A stretch of DNA of 64,000 nucleotides. Source: a virus. The stretch lies in the UHGV virus genome UHGV-1882326; one strand, written 5' to 3'. Numbering within the stretch: the first letter of the stretch is position 1; the number at the start of each line of letters is the position of its first letter. The notes beneath the pieces are model-generated. The model searched no databases. It was not told the origin of the DNA and saw nothing but the letters and a program-made list of their open reading frames with translations. Below, piece after piece: positions 39,598-49,293 of the stretch. The translations under genes and the position numbers were made by a program.

Positions 39598-39951
39598 TTA
39601 CTCTACAAAAGGTGCGTCCTGTGTCTTTTCCTTAACAGTTTCTCTTAACTTCTTAGACATCTTAAATACTGGCTTAGTATAATCTGGGGTTGCACTTAAC
39701 TGTCCAACTTCACCAGTAGCAGGATTGATAATACCAGTTCTTTCTGGTCTGCCCTTAACAGTAGTAAAATCAATCTTTCCAAAGCCGTTCATATCAAACT
39801 TCTTACCAGAAGCAATGCAAGTAGCGGCAATTTCATAAAACGCAGTCAGAACAGCCTTTGTGTCCTTCTGAGTAGCCTGTGCCTTATATGCTACCATCTT
39901 TACTAACTCTGCGGTGCTAACCTTAGTTACCTTAATTGCTTTCTTTGCCAT
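39598..39951 (-). CDS. HU-family histone-like DNA-binding protein
   Basis: 117 aa. GFGKIDFTTVKGRPERTGINPATGEVGQLSATPDYTKPVFKMSKKL matches the HU arm motif GFGxFxxxxRxxRxGRNPxTGE...PxFKxGKxLK. Confidence 0.75.
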   Translation of the reverse strand: MAKKAIKVTKVSTAELVKMVAYKAQATQKDTKAVLTAFYEIAATCIASGKKFDMNGFGKIDFTTVKGRPERTGIINPATGEVGQLSATPDYTKPVFKMSKKLRETVKEKTQDAPFVE

Positions 39952-40199
39952 AATAAATTACCTCATTTCTTTCTTTTTATTCGTTTTATTCATTTTTATT
40001 TCTTGAGGGATTTGGTGAGTGCCATATAGGTCACTCCCTTACCCCCCTTTGATTTTTAATTTTTGGGTTCTCTCTATCCATTAATAGAAAACGATTTTGC
40101 TCTTTCAAAAAGTGATTTAATCTTCAATACTTTTTATATAAAATAATTTTATTTTTGAAAATGCCTATTTTACACCCTTATTTCACCTTATTGAAAAAA

Positions 40200-40958
40200 T
40201 TAGACCGTTTTTGAACATTTTTTACAAACTGCAAATAAAGTGTTGTCAACCTTAATAAGTTTACCGCATTTTGAACACATTGCATACCCCTCTTTGTAAG
40301 TCGCAATCAAAAGGTTCCCCAAATTCTCCATTTCACTGATTCTGAAAACTGGTTCCATTCCTTCATAATCATCTAACATTTTTACTCTAATATTCAAATT
40401 GTCACAAGAATTTGTAGTTTCAACCAAACCTCTGCTTTTTAATTTGCCAATCAGCTTCATGCGCTCAAAAGCAGTACAAGCCACATTTGACAATTCAAAC
40501 CAGTCTCCAATATCTTTTATGGTTTTAAGATTTAACCAACCATTAGCCGATTTATAATGAGCCATAACATACGCAGAAAACATTAACTTACGCTCTCGGT
40601 CAGTTTCTCCTTTGAATACTTGTGTCATGTCCCATGCGTAAACGTCTATATAAAGTATATGACTTAAAGGTTTAATAATACCGTTCCTTAGATTATCATA
40701 TACATTCATAATCATTTTACGCCATTTTTCATGTACGTATTCTTTTTGATAAATTTTAGTCATTGCATTTCTTACTAAATCTTCCACATGATATAATGCA
40801 TAATCAAACTCTTTATCGGAATAGTATTTAATCAACCATAAGAGAAATTTAAAAAAACCTATATCTGGTTTAACAATTTTTTCTGTTTTATCAGAATAAA
40901 TATTTGTTAAAATATCTCTTACATACTGATTTTCATTAAGAATGATTTTGTTTTTCAT
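40200..40958 (-). CDS. hypothetical protein with C-terminal zinc ribbon
   Basis: 252-aa ORF ending in CSKCGKLIKVDNTLFAVCKKCSK. Confidence 0.35.
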   Translation of the reverse strand: MKNKIILNENQYVRDILTNIYSDKTEKIVKPDIGFFKFLLWLIKYYSDKEFDYALYHVEDLVRNAMTKIYQKEYVHEKWRKMIMNVYDNLRNGIIKPLSHILYIDVYAWDMTQVFKGETDRERKLMFSAYVMAHYKSANGWLNLKTIKDIGDWFELSNVACTAFERMKLIGKLKSRGLVETTNSCDNLNIRVKMLDDYEGMEPVFRISEMENLGNLLIATYKEGYAMCSKCGKLIKVDNTLFAVCKKCSKTV

Positions 40959-42248
40959 ACCTTACACTCCTAGTGAACTACTACAAAATTAAAAACCTCG
41001 TAATTTCTTGCTTCAACGTCCTCGTAACCTACTAACTCCACAAGCGTAAATTCCGATAGTTCCTACCGTACTATTTATTATTAAGTTGCACTTAAAATTC
41101 TTAGTCCTTCATTTAATATATTAATTGCGGCATTAATATCTCTATCATGCACAGTACCACATTTAGAACATCTCCACTGACGTACAGATAAATTCTTTGT
41201 ATCTTTATTAATATAACCACATACATTACAAGGTTGACTTGACTTTGTAAATCTATCAATCTTTATATATGTGCGTCCATTCCAATCAGATTTATAACTT
41301 ATCTGTCTTGTCAATTCATACCAACCACAATCAAGTATTGATTTTGAAAGATTATGATTTTTCACCATATTAGAAATTGCTAAATCTTCACTAACTATTA
41401 CTTGGTTTTCGCTAATAAGTTTATATGAAATTTTATGCAAATAATCTATTCTGGTATTTTTAATTTTTTCATATACTTTTGCAAGTTTGATTCTTTGCTT
41501 CTGATAATTCTTACTACCTTTTTCTTTATGAAAAAGTTTACGCTGTTCTTTAGCAAGTTTTTTCTCATATTTTTTAGTAAGTTTAAGATTATCAAACTTT
41601 TCTCCATCAGAAGTTATAAGTAAATCCTTAATGCCTAAATCAATTCCAATAGAATTGTTTGTATGCTCTAATGAAATATGTTCTGTTTCTATTAAAATAG
41701 ATACAAAATATTTACCAGAGGGAACTTGCGAAATAGTAGCAGATTTAATTTTTCCAGTAAATTCTCTATGAATTTTTGCTTTCACCCATTTAAGTTTTGG
41801 AAGTTTAATTTTATTGTTATCAAAAGAAACTTCAATATTATTATTTGCGAAATTTGTTTTATAAGATTTTTTATTATCTCGTTTGCTTTTGAACTTTGGA
41901 TAACCAGTATGTTCTTTAAAGAATTTTTGATAAGCGGAGTCCATATTATAAATGGAATTTGTCAAAGACCATTTATCAACCTCTCTAAGCCATTCATATT
42001 CTTTTTTTAGTTGTCTATTACAATAGTTATTCAAATCAATTTTACTCATAGAAACACTTTCATTTTTATATTTATTGATTTTAAGATTTAAACACTGATT
42101 ATAAACAAACCTGCAACAGCCAAAAGTTTTTTGGATTAAAATTTTTTGTTCTTTGTTTGGATATAATCTGTATTTATAGGCTTTTAACATTTACTTATCA
42201 CCTCCAATCTATTTATATTATATATTCTACTACATTTTCATTAACTTG
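40959..42248 (-). mobile_element. IS605-family (IS1341-like, tnpB-only) insertion in an intergenic site
   Basis: It carries tnpB copy 2, a 58-bp upstream region with a -10-like TATAAT, and a 122-bp 3' region conserved with the 3' region of copy 1. No tnpA is present. Confidence 0.6.
41081..42190 (-). CDS. tnpB: TnpB (IS200/IS605-family OrfB)
   Basis: 369 aa. It starts MLKAYKYRLYPNKEQKILIQKTFGCCRFVYNQ and ends in the zinc finger CNVCG...[19 protein letters not shown]. It is paralogous to copy 1. Confidence 0.9.
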   Translation of the reverse strand: MLKAYKYRLYPNKEQKILIQKTFGCCRFVYNQCLNLKINKYKNESVSMSKIDLNNYCNRQLKKEYEWLREVDKWSLTNSIYNMDSAYQKFFKEHTGYPKFKSKRDNKKSYKTNFANNNIEVSFDNNKIKLPKLKWVKAKIHREFTGKIKSATISQVPSGKYFVSILIETEHISLEHTNNSIGIDLGIKDLLITSDGEKFDNLKLTKKYEKKLAKEQRKLFHKEKGSKNYQKQRIKLAKVYEKIKNTRIDYLHKISYKLISENQVIVSEDLAISNMVKNHNLSKSILDCGWYELTRQISYKSDWNGRTYIKIDRFTKSSQPCNVCGYINKDTKNLSVRQWRCSKCGTVHDRDINAAINILNEGLRILSAT

Positions 42249-42923
42249 TCAACCATTTTCATGCAATTTCTTTAAATTTTCTATTATTAAATCACCGACA
42301 ACAGCCCAACAAAAGTATTTATTCTTATTCTGCCCATAACATAAATCAAGCATAATATTAACAAGTCTGTCTTTGTTTGGACAAATTTCTTCTGCTCTTG
42401 CTCTAAATTCATGCTGTATGCTCATTACTCTTATATTTGCTTCTTCTGTACTTAAATTTTTCTCAATCACAATTTTCTTAAATTGCTTAATACGTTTAAT
42501 GTATTCTTTTTCAAGATTTTCAATATCTTCTCTTGTTTTAGGTGAACTTCTTTGAATAGGAGATTTAAGAAATTCATAATCAAAGCCTTTGGCTTTAAGT
42601 TCTGTCACTCTACCATCAAATTCACTTTCTATATATCGACAAATTCGGTTCATAGTAGAATCAGAAATGTTTACAGGCATTTTTATATCGTACCATTCTA
42701 AAAATTTTTGCTGTTCTTCTGTAAGATTTTGTTTTTTTCTTAGTTCATTTACTTTACAGCCATAAAGCATAACACATTTAAGGTCACAATTTTTTATATA
42801 ACTATCGTAATCTTTCTTTAAAGAAGAATAATTATAAATAAAGTAATAAGGCTTTTTATCTGTTACGATTATTTTATCTAATGTAGTGGTACATAATTTT
42901 GAAACATACCAATACTTAGGCAT
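42249..42923 (-). CDS. hypothetical protein
   Basis: 224-aa ORF. Confidence 0.3.
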   Translation of the reverse strand: MPKYWYVSKLCTTTLDKIIVTDKKPYYFIYNYSSLKKDYDSYIKNCDLKCVMLYGCKVNELRKKQNLTEEQQKFLEWYDIKMPVNISDSTMNRICRYIESEFDGRVTELKAKGFDYEFLKSPIQRSSPKTREDIENLEKEYIKRIKQFKKIVIEKNLSTEEANIRVMSIQHEFRARAEEICPNKDRLVNIMLDLCYGQNKNKYFCWAVVGDLIIENLKKLHENG

Positions 42924-42927
42924 TTCC

Positions 42928-43140
42928 TTACATACAATTCCTTTTAATTTCCTTTATACCCTCTGTCACCAGATATTTATTGGGGGAGTAGACTATCTCT
43001 TCACTTAATATTTCTATTAAGGTTCGGCACTTCCAAACAAGGACTTTCACCTTGAATGTACTGGTTTCATAATCTTTATACAAAGACCGTATACCATAGT
43101 CGTTACACCGTTCAAAAACGTCACCGTTTAAGCTTGGCAC
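42928..43140 (-). CDS. small hypothetical protein
   Basis: 70-aa ORF. Confidence 0.25.
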   Translation of the reverse strand: MPSLNGDVFERCNDYGIRSLYKDYETSTFKVKVLVWKCRTLIEILSEEIVYSPNKYLVTEGIKEIKRNCM

Positions 43141-43152
43141 GATATTGAGTTA

Positions 43153-43956
43153 TTACAAATATAAGCTAAACAATTCTTTTTGTGGAGCATATTCTCCATA
43201 ATATTCTTTTTCAGCTATAAGTCTTGTTTTTATAGCTTCTTCTTTTGTATCAAATCTTCCTAAATTTATTCTTTTATAATTATACCCTATTCTAGCTATC
43301 CATTTATTTTCTCTCTTATTATAACAAACACCAGAAACACCAGAAGTATTATTTTTATGTGTTGAAGCATTTTTCGCATTTTCGCTAGGAGAACAAATTC
43401 TTAAATTATTTTCTGTGCAATCATAAGTATTTCTATTTATGTGGTCTACAATTTTATCTTTCATTATTCCATTTGTTTTTGCAACTTCCACATCTTTAAA
43501 ATATATTAATCTGTGTAATATTAAATTTTCTCTTGTTTCTCCTTTTTTGTTTCGATTATCTCCTAAATGCGCTCTGGCATATTTTTTATATGCGAACCAA
43601 TAAAATTGAGAAACCAACTCATAATTTTTTAAATCTATTTTTACTTTTTCTAATGAATTATTAAAACATAAGAAGCAGTAATCTTTTCCTTCTGGAAAAA
43701 TATATTTATTTTCTTTTTTACGGCTTTCTGAAATTTTATTTCTTCTTTCTAAATTTCTTTGTTCTTTATTGCACTCACAATCTATAATTTTATTATTATT
43801 AAGATAAGTTCCTTTTATTGCTTGTACTCTACCACATAATTTACATTCACAGTCAAAATAGGATATTTTATTTTTACTACTTAATTCTTCGTTTATTTTT
43901 ATTACATACCATGTATCAAATGTTAAGCCTTCTAATTGTAATCTCTTATTTGACAT
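43153..43956 (-). CDS. HNH homing endonuclease with AP2 DNA-binding domain
   Basis: 267 aa. HNH motif VDHINRNTYDCTENNLRICSPSENAKN. AP2-like segment SGVSGVCYNKRENKWIARIGYNYKRINLGRFDTKEEAIKTRLIAEKEY. Confidence 0.75.
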   Translation of the reverse strand: MSNKRLQLEGLTFDTWYVIKINEELSSKNKISYFDCECKLCGRVQAIKGTYLNNNKIIDCECNKEQRNLERRNKISESRKKENKYIFPEGKDYCFLCFNNSLEKVKIDLKNYELVSQFYWFAYKKYARAHLGDNRNKKGETRENLILHRLIYFKDVEVAKTNGIMKDKIVDHINRNTYDCTENNLRICSPSENAKNASTHKNNTSGVSGVCYNKRENKWIARIGYNYKRINLGRFDTKEEAIKTRLIAEKEYYGEYAPQKELFSLYL

Positions 43957-44067
43957 AATCTCCTTTCTTTATATTTTATAATAACTCTTCCATCGTTAGC
44001 AAGATTTTTATAATCTCACACCCTATATTTATAGGTTCACCGAATTTTACTTGAACTCAACAAAAAG

Positions 44068-44355
44068 TCAATCCAAGGTATTTTGCTGATATAACTGCCC
44101 ACACAAAATACGTTTTGATAATTCTTTATATTCATTAGTGTTTTCATTAAATAAAGCCAATTTATCTATTTGTGCTGATACTCTATTAGTGATTGTTCCA
44201 ACTTCTGAGCCTAAACCCATACGGTTACTTTTTCTAATATCATTTCTTTTAACAACTTTCTTCTCGCCTTTACGTTGCACACAATCAATAGAATTTGTAT
44301 ATCTGTAAGTATTTAAAAGTATATTATTATTCGTGGAATAAATTGTGTCACTCAT
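44068..44355 (-). CDS. small hypothetical protein
   Basis: 95-aa ORF. Confidence 0.25.
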   Translation of the reverse strand: MSDTIYSTNNNILLNTYRYTNSIDCVQRKGEKKVVKRNDIRKSNRMGLGSEVGTITNRVSAQIDKLALFNENTNEYKELSKRILCGQLYQQNTLD

Positions 44356-44560
44356 TATTACCGCCTATTTCTAGGTACTTTAACATTGATTTAACAATCG
44401 GTTTAGGTCATATCATCATAGTTTAAAACTATGGAAGGCACTTCGATTTAAAGGAATTTCACCTACTATATTGCTATAGCCCTACTTCTATTGCTCTGTT
44501 TAACGACTGAGCCAAGGAATGACCGTCTGACTTTTATAAATATTTACATTACTTTTTTAA

Positions 44561-45130
44561 TCAATAATTCCAAATTTCTCTAGTTACAACTCTTTTAACC
44601 AAATTCCATTTATTCTTTTGTTTTCTATAGGTATCTAATTCTGGATGCATAATTCTTACTATTTCCATTACGGTTTTACCTTCGTCATATAATCTTCTTA
44701 TTTTCTCTACATCTTCACCTGTATATTTTGCTCTACCATTATTTTCACCTTGTCTACCCTTACAATAAGTTTCATAATTATTTTTAATAGTATAAGCAAT
44801 ATTTTCAACATGTGTTATCCATTCAAGATTTTCAAAATAACTATCTGTTCTTATAAAATTTTTATGATTAACTTCTAAAGGTTCGTCTGTTTCTGGTTTT
44901 GGAACAAATACCATAGCAACAACACGGTGTACAGTTATAGACCGTCTATTTTTAAGATTGCCTAATGTTACTATTGGATAACCGTCTGGATTTAGTCTTT
45001 GTTTGACCATTCCTCTTTCTGGTGCTATAATTCTTCCGTAATTGCTTACTTTATATTTTAGCCCATTAAATTCCCAATCTTTCCATTCTTCTGGCTTTCT
45101 TTTAGGGGTTAATCTTTTTGAATTTTTCAA
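44561..45130 (-). CDS. HNH homing endonuclease (NUMOD4-HNH type)
   Basis: 189 aa. NUMOD4-like YKVSNYGRI. HNH core VHRVVAMVFV...EVNHKNFIRTDSYFENLEWITHVEN. Confidence 0.75.
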   Translation of the reverse strand: MKNSKRLTPKRKPEEWKDWEFNGLKYKVSNYGRIIAPERGMVKQRLNPDGYPIVTLGNLKNRRSITVHRVVAMVFVPKPETDEPLEVNHKNFIRTDSYFENLEWITHVENIAYTIKNNYETYCKGRQGENNGRAKYTGEDVEKIRRLYDEGKTVMEIVRIMHPELDTYRKQKNKWNLVKRVVTREIWNY

Positions 45131-45328
45131 TTACTATACCTCCTTATCTTAAGCAATGTAAATATTTATACTTAGCACAGGATTATCTTGCTGTTCCACT
45201 CAGTTTAGACTTCCCCTGTTAGCATATTCATTCATTGTCATTTCCTACAATTACTAATTCGTTGAATATACACCCAACTCTGTTGGTTCACACTTCTGCG
45301 TTGTACATTTAGTACAAAGGACTAACAT

Positions 45329-46843
45329 TTAATCAAAGTCACAACCGTTCAATGCCATACATGTAGTATCCCAATCATTTAACACCATCATTGTATTAGA
45401 ATATTTATACCATTCTTGACATTTTTTATCATTGTTTACTCTCATTTTTCTAATATTATTATGTGAAGTCATAGGAGAACGAAAGCAAACTACTTCATTC
45501 ACACCTTTATCAGCCCAGTATTGTGAATATATTTCATTAGCTTTAAGCAGACCAGTGATTTCTAACCCATATATACTTTGCATTAAAGCATAAGGGTCTC
45601 CCATAACTATCTGATAATTTCCCTCAACTTTTAATTTACCAATCTTAGCTTGATTAATCTTTTTCTTAATCATCTTGTTAATTCTATCAATCACATAAGG
45701 GTCATTCATCATTCTTTCGTCTAAATACAACGCCTGTGCATAATCTTTAGTTTTAGTTTTTTCACCAACTCCTAAAAATTCTTTTGTTTTTTGGTAATCA
45801 CCGCCAAACGCCATTTTTAGCCAGTCAACAGTAGGTTTACACAATTCCACAATTTGTTCATCTGTCAGTTCATAACTTTGCAAATACTGATAATTTGTTT
45901 CTCTTGTATCCTCTAACTTTTTAGGTGTTACTTTTGTAGCAGAAAACCTATATCCATTTTCATAATAACACTTGTGGTATTCTTCCCAACTAGAATAATT
46001 ATCCCATAGTTTAAGACTGGATTCAGTGATAATCATATCCACATCTCGAATATCTCTTTCAGTACCCCAAATATCTTTTACTTTATATCCCTTACCAACT
46101 TCCTCAGCAAATTTTATAATCTCAAAGACATTCAACATACCTTTCATATAAGCATTTCTTAAACAAATACCACTTGGCAAATAATCAAGACCTAATTTAT
46201 CAGCAACTCTTTGCATATATTCTGGTGTACAAAGATTCATGCCGTCACTGCCGTTGTTTTCCAACTCTACACCAAATTTTTCCTCAACGATAGGTTCATC
46301 TGTTTCACTATCATCAATCCTAACCACTTCACCCTTAAATTTAGTGATACAATCTCGTACAACCAATACAGAGCGTGGTTCTGGTATCTCAACGGACGCT
46401 GAATAGGTCAGAGCAATATAAGCCTCTAATTTAGCCGGTATAGCCTTGTAATCTTTCTTCCTACCACAATCAGTCCTTTTAATTAACTCTGGTAAAATAT
46501 CTTCTCTCACAAACAATAAAGTATTATTTTTAAGACCACCAGTAGTTCCAACAACCCACAAAAACCTTTTACCATTTAAAATCACACCAGTTTTAGACGT
46601 AACTTTGTCATAGTCACTCATTGAGGAAATCTCCACAGCAAGCATTAAATCCGTCATATCTTGCTTGTATCGTTTGTTACCTATAATTGTAATTAAATCT
46701 ATCAGTCGAAATGCTTGTGAATCAAATAAGTCAATCAATTCGTCTAAACGAACTGCCAATTCTTTAGATAAAGTAATCTGCCAGTTATTCATTCGGAATC
46801 GTTCAGACGAAATCTTGAAAATCTTTCTACGTTTATTTTGCAT
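45329..46843 (-). CDS. hypothetical large protein, first gene of the leftward operon (possible replication or nucleic-acid enzyme)
   Basis: 504-aa ORF with a strong RBS AAAGGAGG. No motif was confidently recognised. Confidence 0.3.
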   Translation of the reverse strand: MQNKRRKIFKISSERFRMNNWQITLSKELAVRLDELIDLFDSQAFRLIDLITIIGNKRYKQDMTDLMLAVEISSMSDYDKVTSKTGVILNGKRFLWVVGTTGGLKNNTLLFVREDILPELIKRTDCGRKKDYKAIPAKLEAYIALTYSASVEIPEPRSVLVVRDCITKFKGEVVRIDDSETDEPIVEEKFGVELENNGSDGMNLCTPEYMQRVADKLGLDYLPSGICLRNAYMKGMLNVFEIIKFAEEVGKGYKVKDIWGTERDIRDVDMIITESSLKLWDNYSSWEEYHKCYYENGYRFSATKVTPKKLEDTRETNYQYLQSYELTDEQIVELCKPTVDWLKMAFGGDYQKTKEFLGVGEKTKTKDYAQALYLDERMMNDPYVIDRINKMIKKKINQAKIGKLKVEGNYQIVMGDPYALMQSIYGLEITGLLKANEIYSQYWADKGVNEVVCFRSPMTSHNNIRKMRVNNDKKCQEWYKYSNTMMVLNDWDTTCMALNGCDFD

Positions 46844-47245
46844 ATAATGTTTTAGACCTCCTTTATATATTTATTATATATTATAATATATATTATTACA
46901 TATTAATATTATAAAGTCAATAGTATTTATTATATATATTATAATTTTATATTAATTATTATTATTTATATAAAAAAATAGAGGAATTGGGGAATCAAAC
47001 CATGCAAGTTGCTAAATTTAGCGTCATGGTGGGACAAAAGACGCTTGTCGGCTTTTGGAACGCCATAGCTGAATTTGCTTTACGCAACTTCTGCATGGTT
47101 TGAAATTGCAAGTAAATTTCAAGGAATTGGCGTGTCTGTGACACGACAATGACTGCTATTTACGGCAATCCCCTAAGCCACTACATAAAGAACCAATAAC
47201 AATTTACATATTTACATTAATATTATATAATATATATTATACCCC

Positions 47246-47274
47246 TTGACATATTCTATATTATATGATATAAT
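47246..47274 (+). promoter_or_regulatory. consensus sigma-A-type promoter for the rightward early operon
   Basis: TTGACA (47246..47251), then a 17-nt spacer, then TATAAT (47269..47274). It sits in an extremely AT-rich divergent control region. Confidence 0.7.
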
Positions 47275-47458
47275 CGGAGTATGAAGTTGATTAATAGTAA
47301 TAGAAAGTATAAAAGTTTTTGAATTTTTGTACTATCAAATGTATCTAATAAGGTGTTCTCTATATCTGATACATTTACTAGTACAAAAAAATAAAAACTA
47401 TATAATTTTTATTGAGTTTGCTTACATTTTAAAAAATACCAAAAAAGGAGAAATGATT

Positions 47459-48472
47459 ATGGAATTAGAATTTAACAAACCCTATAAATACAAAGATTTA
47501 TGTAATTTTTTTAATTTAGAGCCAAAAACAGGAACAACTAAAATTTACCAAATTAAAAGATTACAAAAAGAATACGAAATTGAAAAATTAGGAACAAACT
47601 ATGTTTTTATTAAAAAATATACAAAAGAAGAAATAGAATTAGCTGAACAAACAGAAAAATTAAAAGGTGTTTATCAATCTTATGTAGAATCTATTCTCAC
47701 TGAATTAATCGCAAGACAAAATAATGGTATTCTTAGAATGTCTACCACAGAATTACTGAGAGAAGTAGGTTTTATAAACGAAGATTTTAGTTACTGCAAA
47801 TATAATAGTTACTTTTCTTCTTTAGTCCTCAAAACAGACGAAATAGATTTACACGAATATACAGAAATTGTATATAAACAGTTATCTCATTTATTAAGAA
47901 CCATTATTCAAAATTTACATGATAAGCATTATCTTATTAGTAGGCAATGCTTTAGATTATTAAAAGTTGTTAATACTGGAATGAATGGAACTAAAATTCA
48001 GTCACAATACGAAGTTCCTATTGAAACAAAAGAAGAACAGGATATTTTAAAAATTTATCTTAATACAGCACGTTCTTTAGGGTATAATGATGTTAAAGAT
48101 TTATATGCTAAATTTAAAGATGTAGAAAAATTTAAGGATTTAGTAGGCAAAGAAATCAATAAAATCTATCCAGAGTATAATGCTGTGTGTAAAGTATATA
48201 GTTTAAGTAGTGATAGAATGACAGCTTTAGATAATAGTACGAAAATTAAGAACGAACTTACTCAAAAGATTAGAAAAAAGATTGAGGGCTCAAAAGCAAC
48301 TATTGGTATGGAAGATTTAGCATTATATGTTGAAGCTACAATCGACCCAAAAAGAATCTATCAAATTAAAGAGAAATTTTCTAAATATGGTCATTTACTT
48401 AGAGAAAATCCAGAATTATTAAGACAAACTTTATTTAAAGAAAATGAAGATATTATGTTTTTTCATAACTAA
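47459..48472 (+). CDS. hypothetical early protein, paralogue 1
   Basis: The ORF track gives 47327..48472. The likely start is ATG 47459, 8 nt after GGAG. It shares ~25-30% identity with the 49294..50229 product (NKPYKYKDLC vs GRTYRYKELC; ELLREVGFINEDFSYCKYN vs ELLLACGIINTDFKYCRYN). Confidence 0.5.
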   Translation: MELEFNKPYKYKDLCNFFNLEPKTGTTKIYQIKRLQKEYEIEKLGTNYVFIKKYTKEEIELAEQTEKLKGVYQSYVESILTELIARQNNGILRMSTTELLREVGFINEDFSYCKYNSYFSSLVLKTDEIDLHEYTEIVYKQLSHLLRTIIQNLHDKHYLISRQCFRLLKVVNTGMNGTKIQSQYEVPIETKEEQDILKIYLNTARSLGYNDVKDLYAKFKDVEKFKDLVGKEINKIYPEYNAVCKVYSLSSDRMTALDNSTKIKNELTQKIRKKIEGSKATIGMEDLALYVEATIDPKRIYQIKEKFSKYGHLLRENPELLRQTLFKENEDIMFFHN

Positions 48473-48620
48473 TAACTAAGAGCGTCCAAACGGACGTTCT
48501 TTTTTATTATTTAATTCTACTAATATATTTATTACAAAATATTTTAAAAAAATACTCTTGACTTATATGTTTTCTTATGCTATTGTATAAGTATCACATA
48601 CAGAAAGGTGGTATAACAAA

Positions 48621-49292
48621 TTGGAGAAACCGATAAAGAAAATTATTATTATTAATGGTTCTGGTGGAGTTGGTAAGGATGCTTTTGCTAAAAGAGTTAT
48701 TGAAGAAACTGTTAAATTGGCAAAATGTGTTGTTCCAGTTGAAAATGAAAATTATTGTGTAAATCCAGAAATTTTTTATAAAATCAATAATACTTCTATT
48801 ATTGATTATGTAAAAAATATTGCTAGAATGTTTGGTTGGAATGACGAGAAATCTGAAAAAGACAGAAAAATGTTAAGTGACCTAAAGGATTTAATAACGG
48901 TATATAATGATTATCTTTTTAAAGATATTACGACACAAATTAATGATTGGTTGTATTATGACAAAACAAGATTAAATGATATGTACGACCATTCATTTCT
49001 TTTTGTCCACTGTAGAGAGCCTAAAGAAATTGAAAGGATAAAGAATCAATTTCCTAATGACACTTTTACTTTATTAGTACAGAATCCTAAAGTTGCAAAA
49101 GTAACTGGTAATCATGCTGATAGAGAAGTTGAAAATTATAACTATGATTTTATTGTAGTTAATGATTCTAACCTTAGAGCATTAAGAAAAGTTGCTATTG
49201 ACTTTTATAAGAAAATCTTTAATCAAGGTTTTACAAAGTATAAGTTTGTTGCTTCTGATTATGATTTCAGTCCAGAAGAATGGAATGATTAA
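48621..49292 (+). CDS. P-loop nucleotide kinase-like protein (dNMP-kinase-like)
   Basis: 223 aa. Walker A KKIIIINGSGGVGKDAFAK resembles phage dNMP kinase GxxxSGKDT. Confidence 0.5.
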   Translation: MEKPIKKIIIINGSGGVGKDAFAKRVIEETVKLAKCVVPVENENYCVNPEIFYKINNTSIIDYVKNIARMFGWNDEKSEKDRKMLSDLKDLITVYNDYLFKDITTQINDWLYYDKTRLNDMYDHSFLFVHCREPKEIERIKNQFPNDTFTLLVQNPKVAKVTGNHADREVENYNYDFIVVNDSNLRALRKVAIDFYKKIFNQGFTKYKFVASDYDFSPEEWND

Positions 49293-49293
49293 A

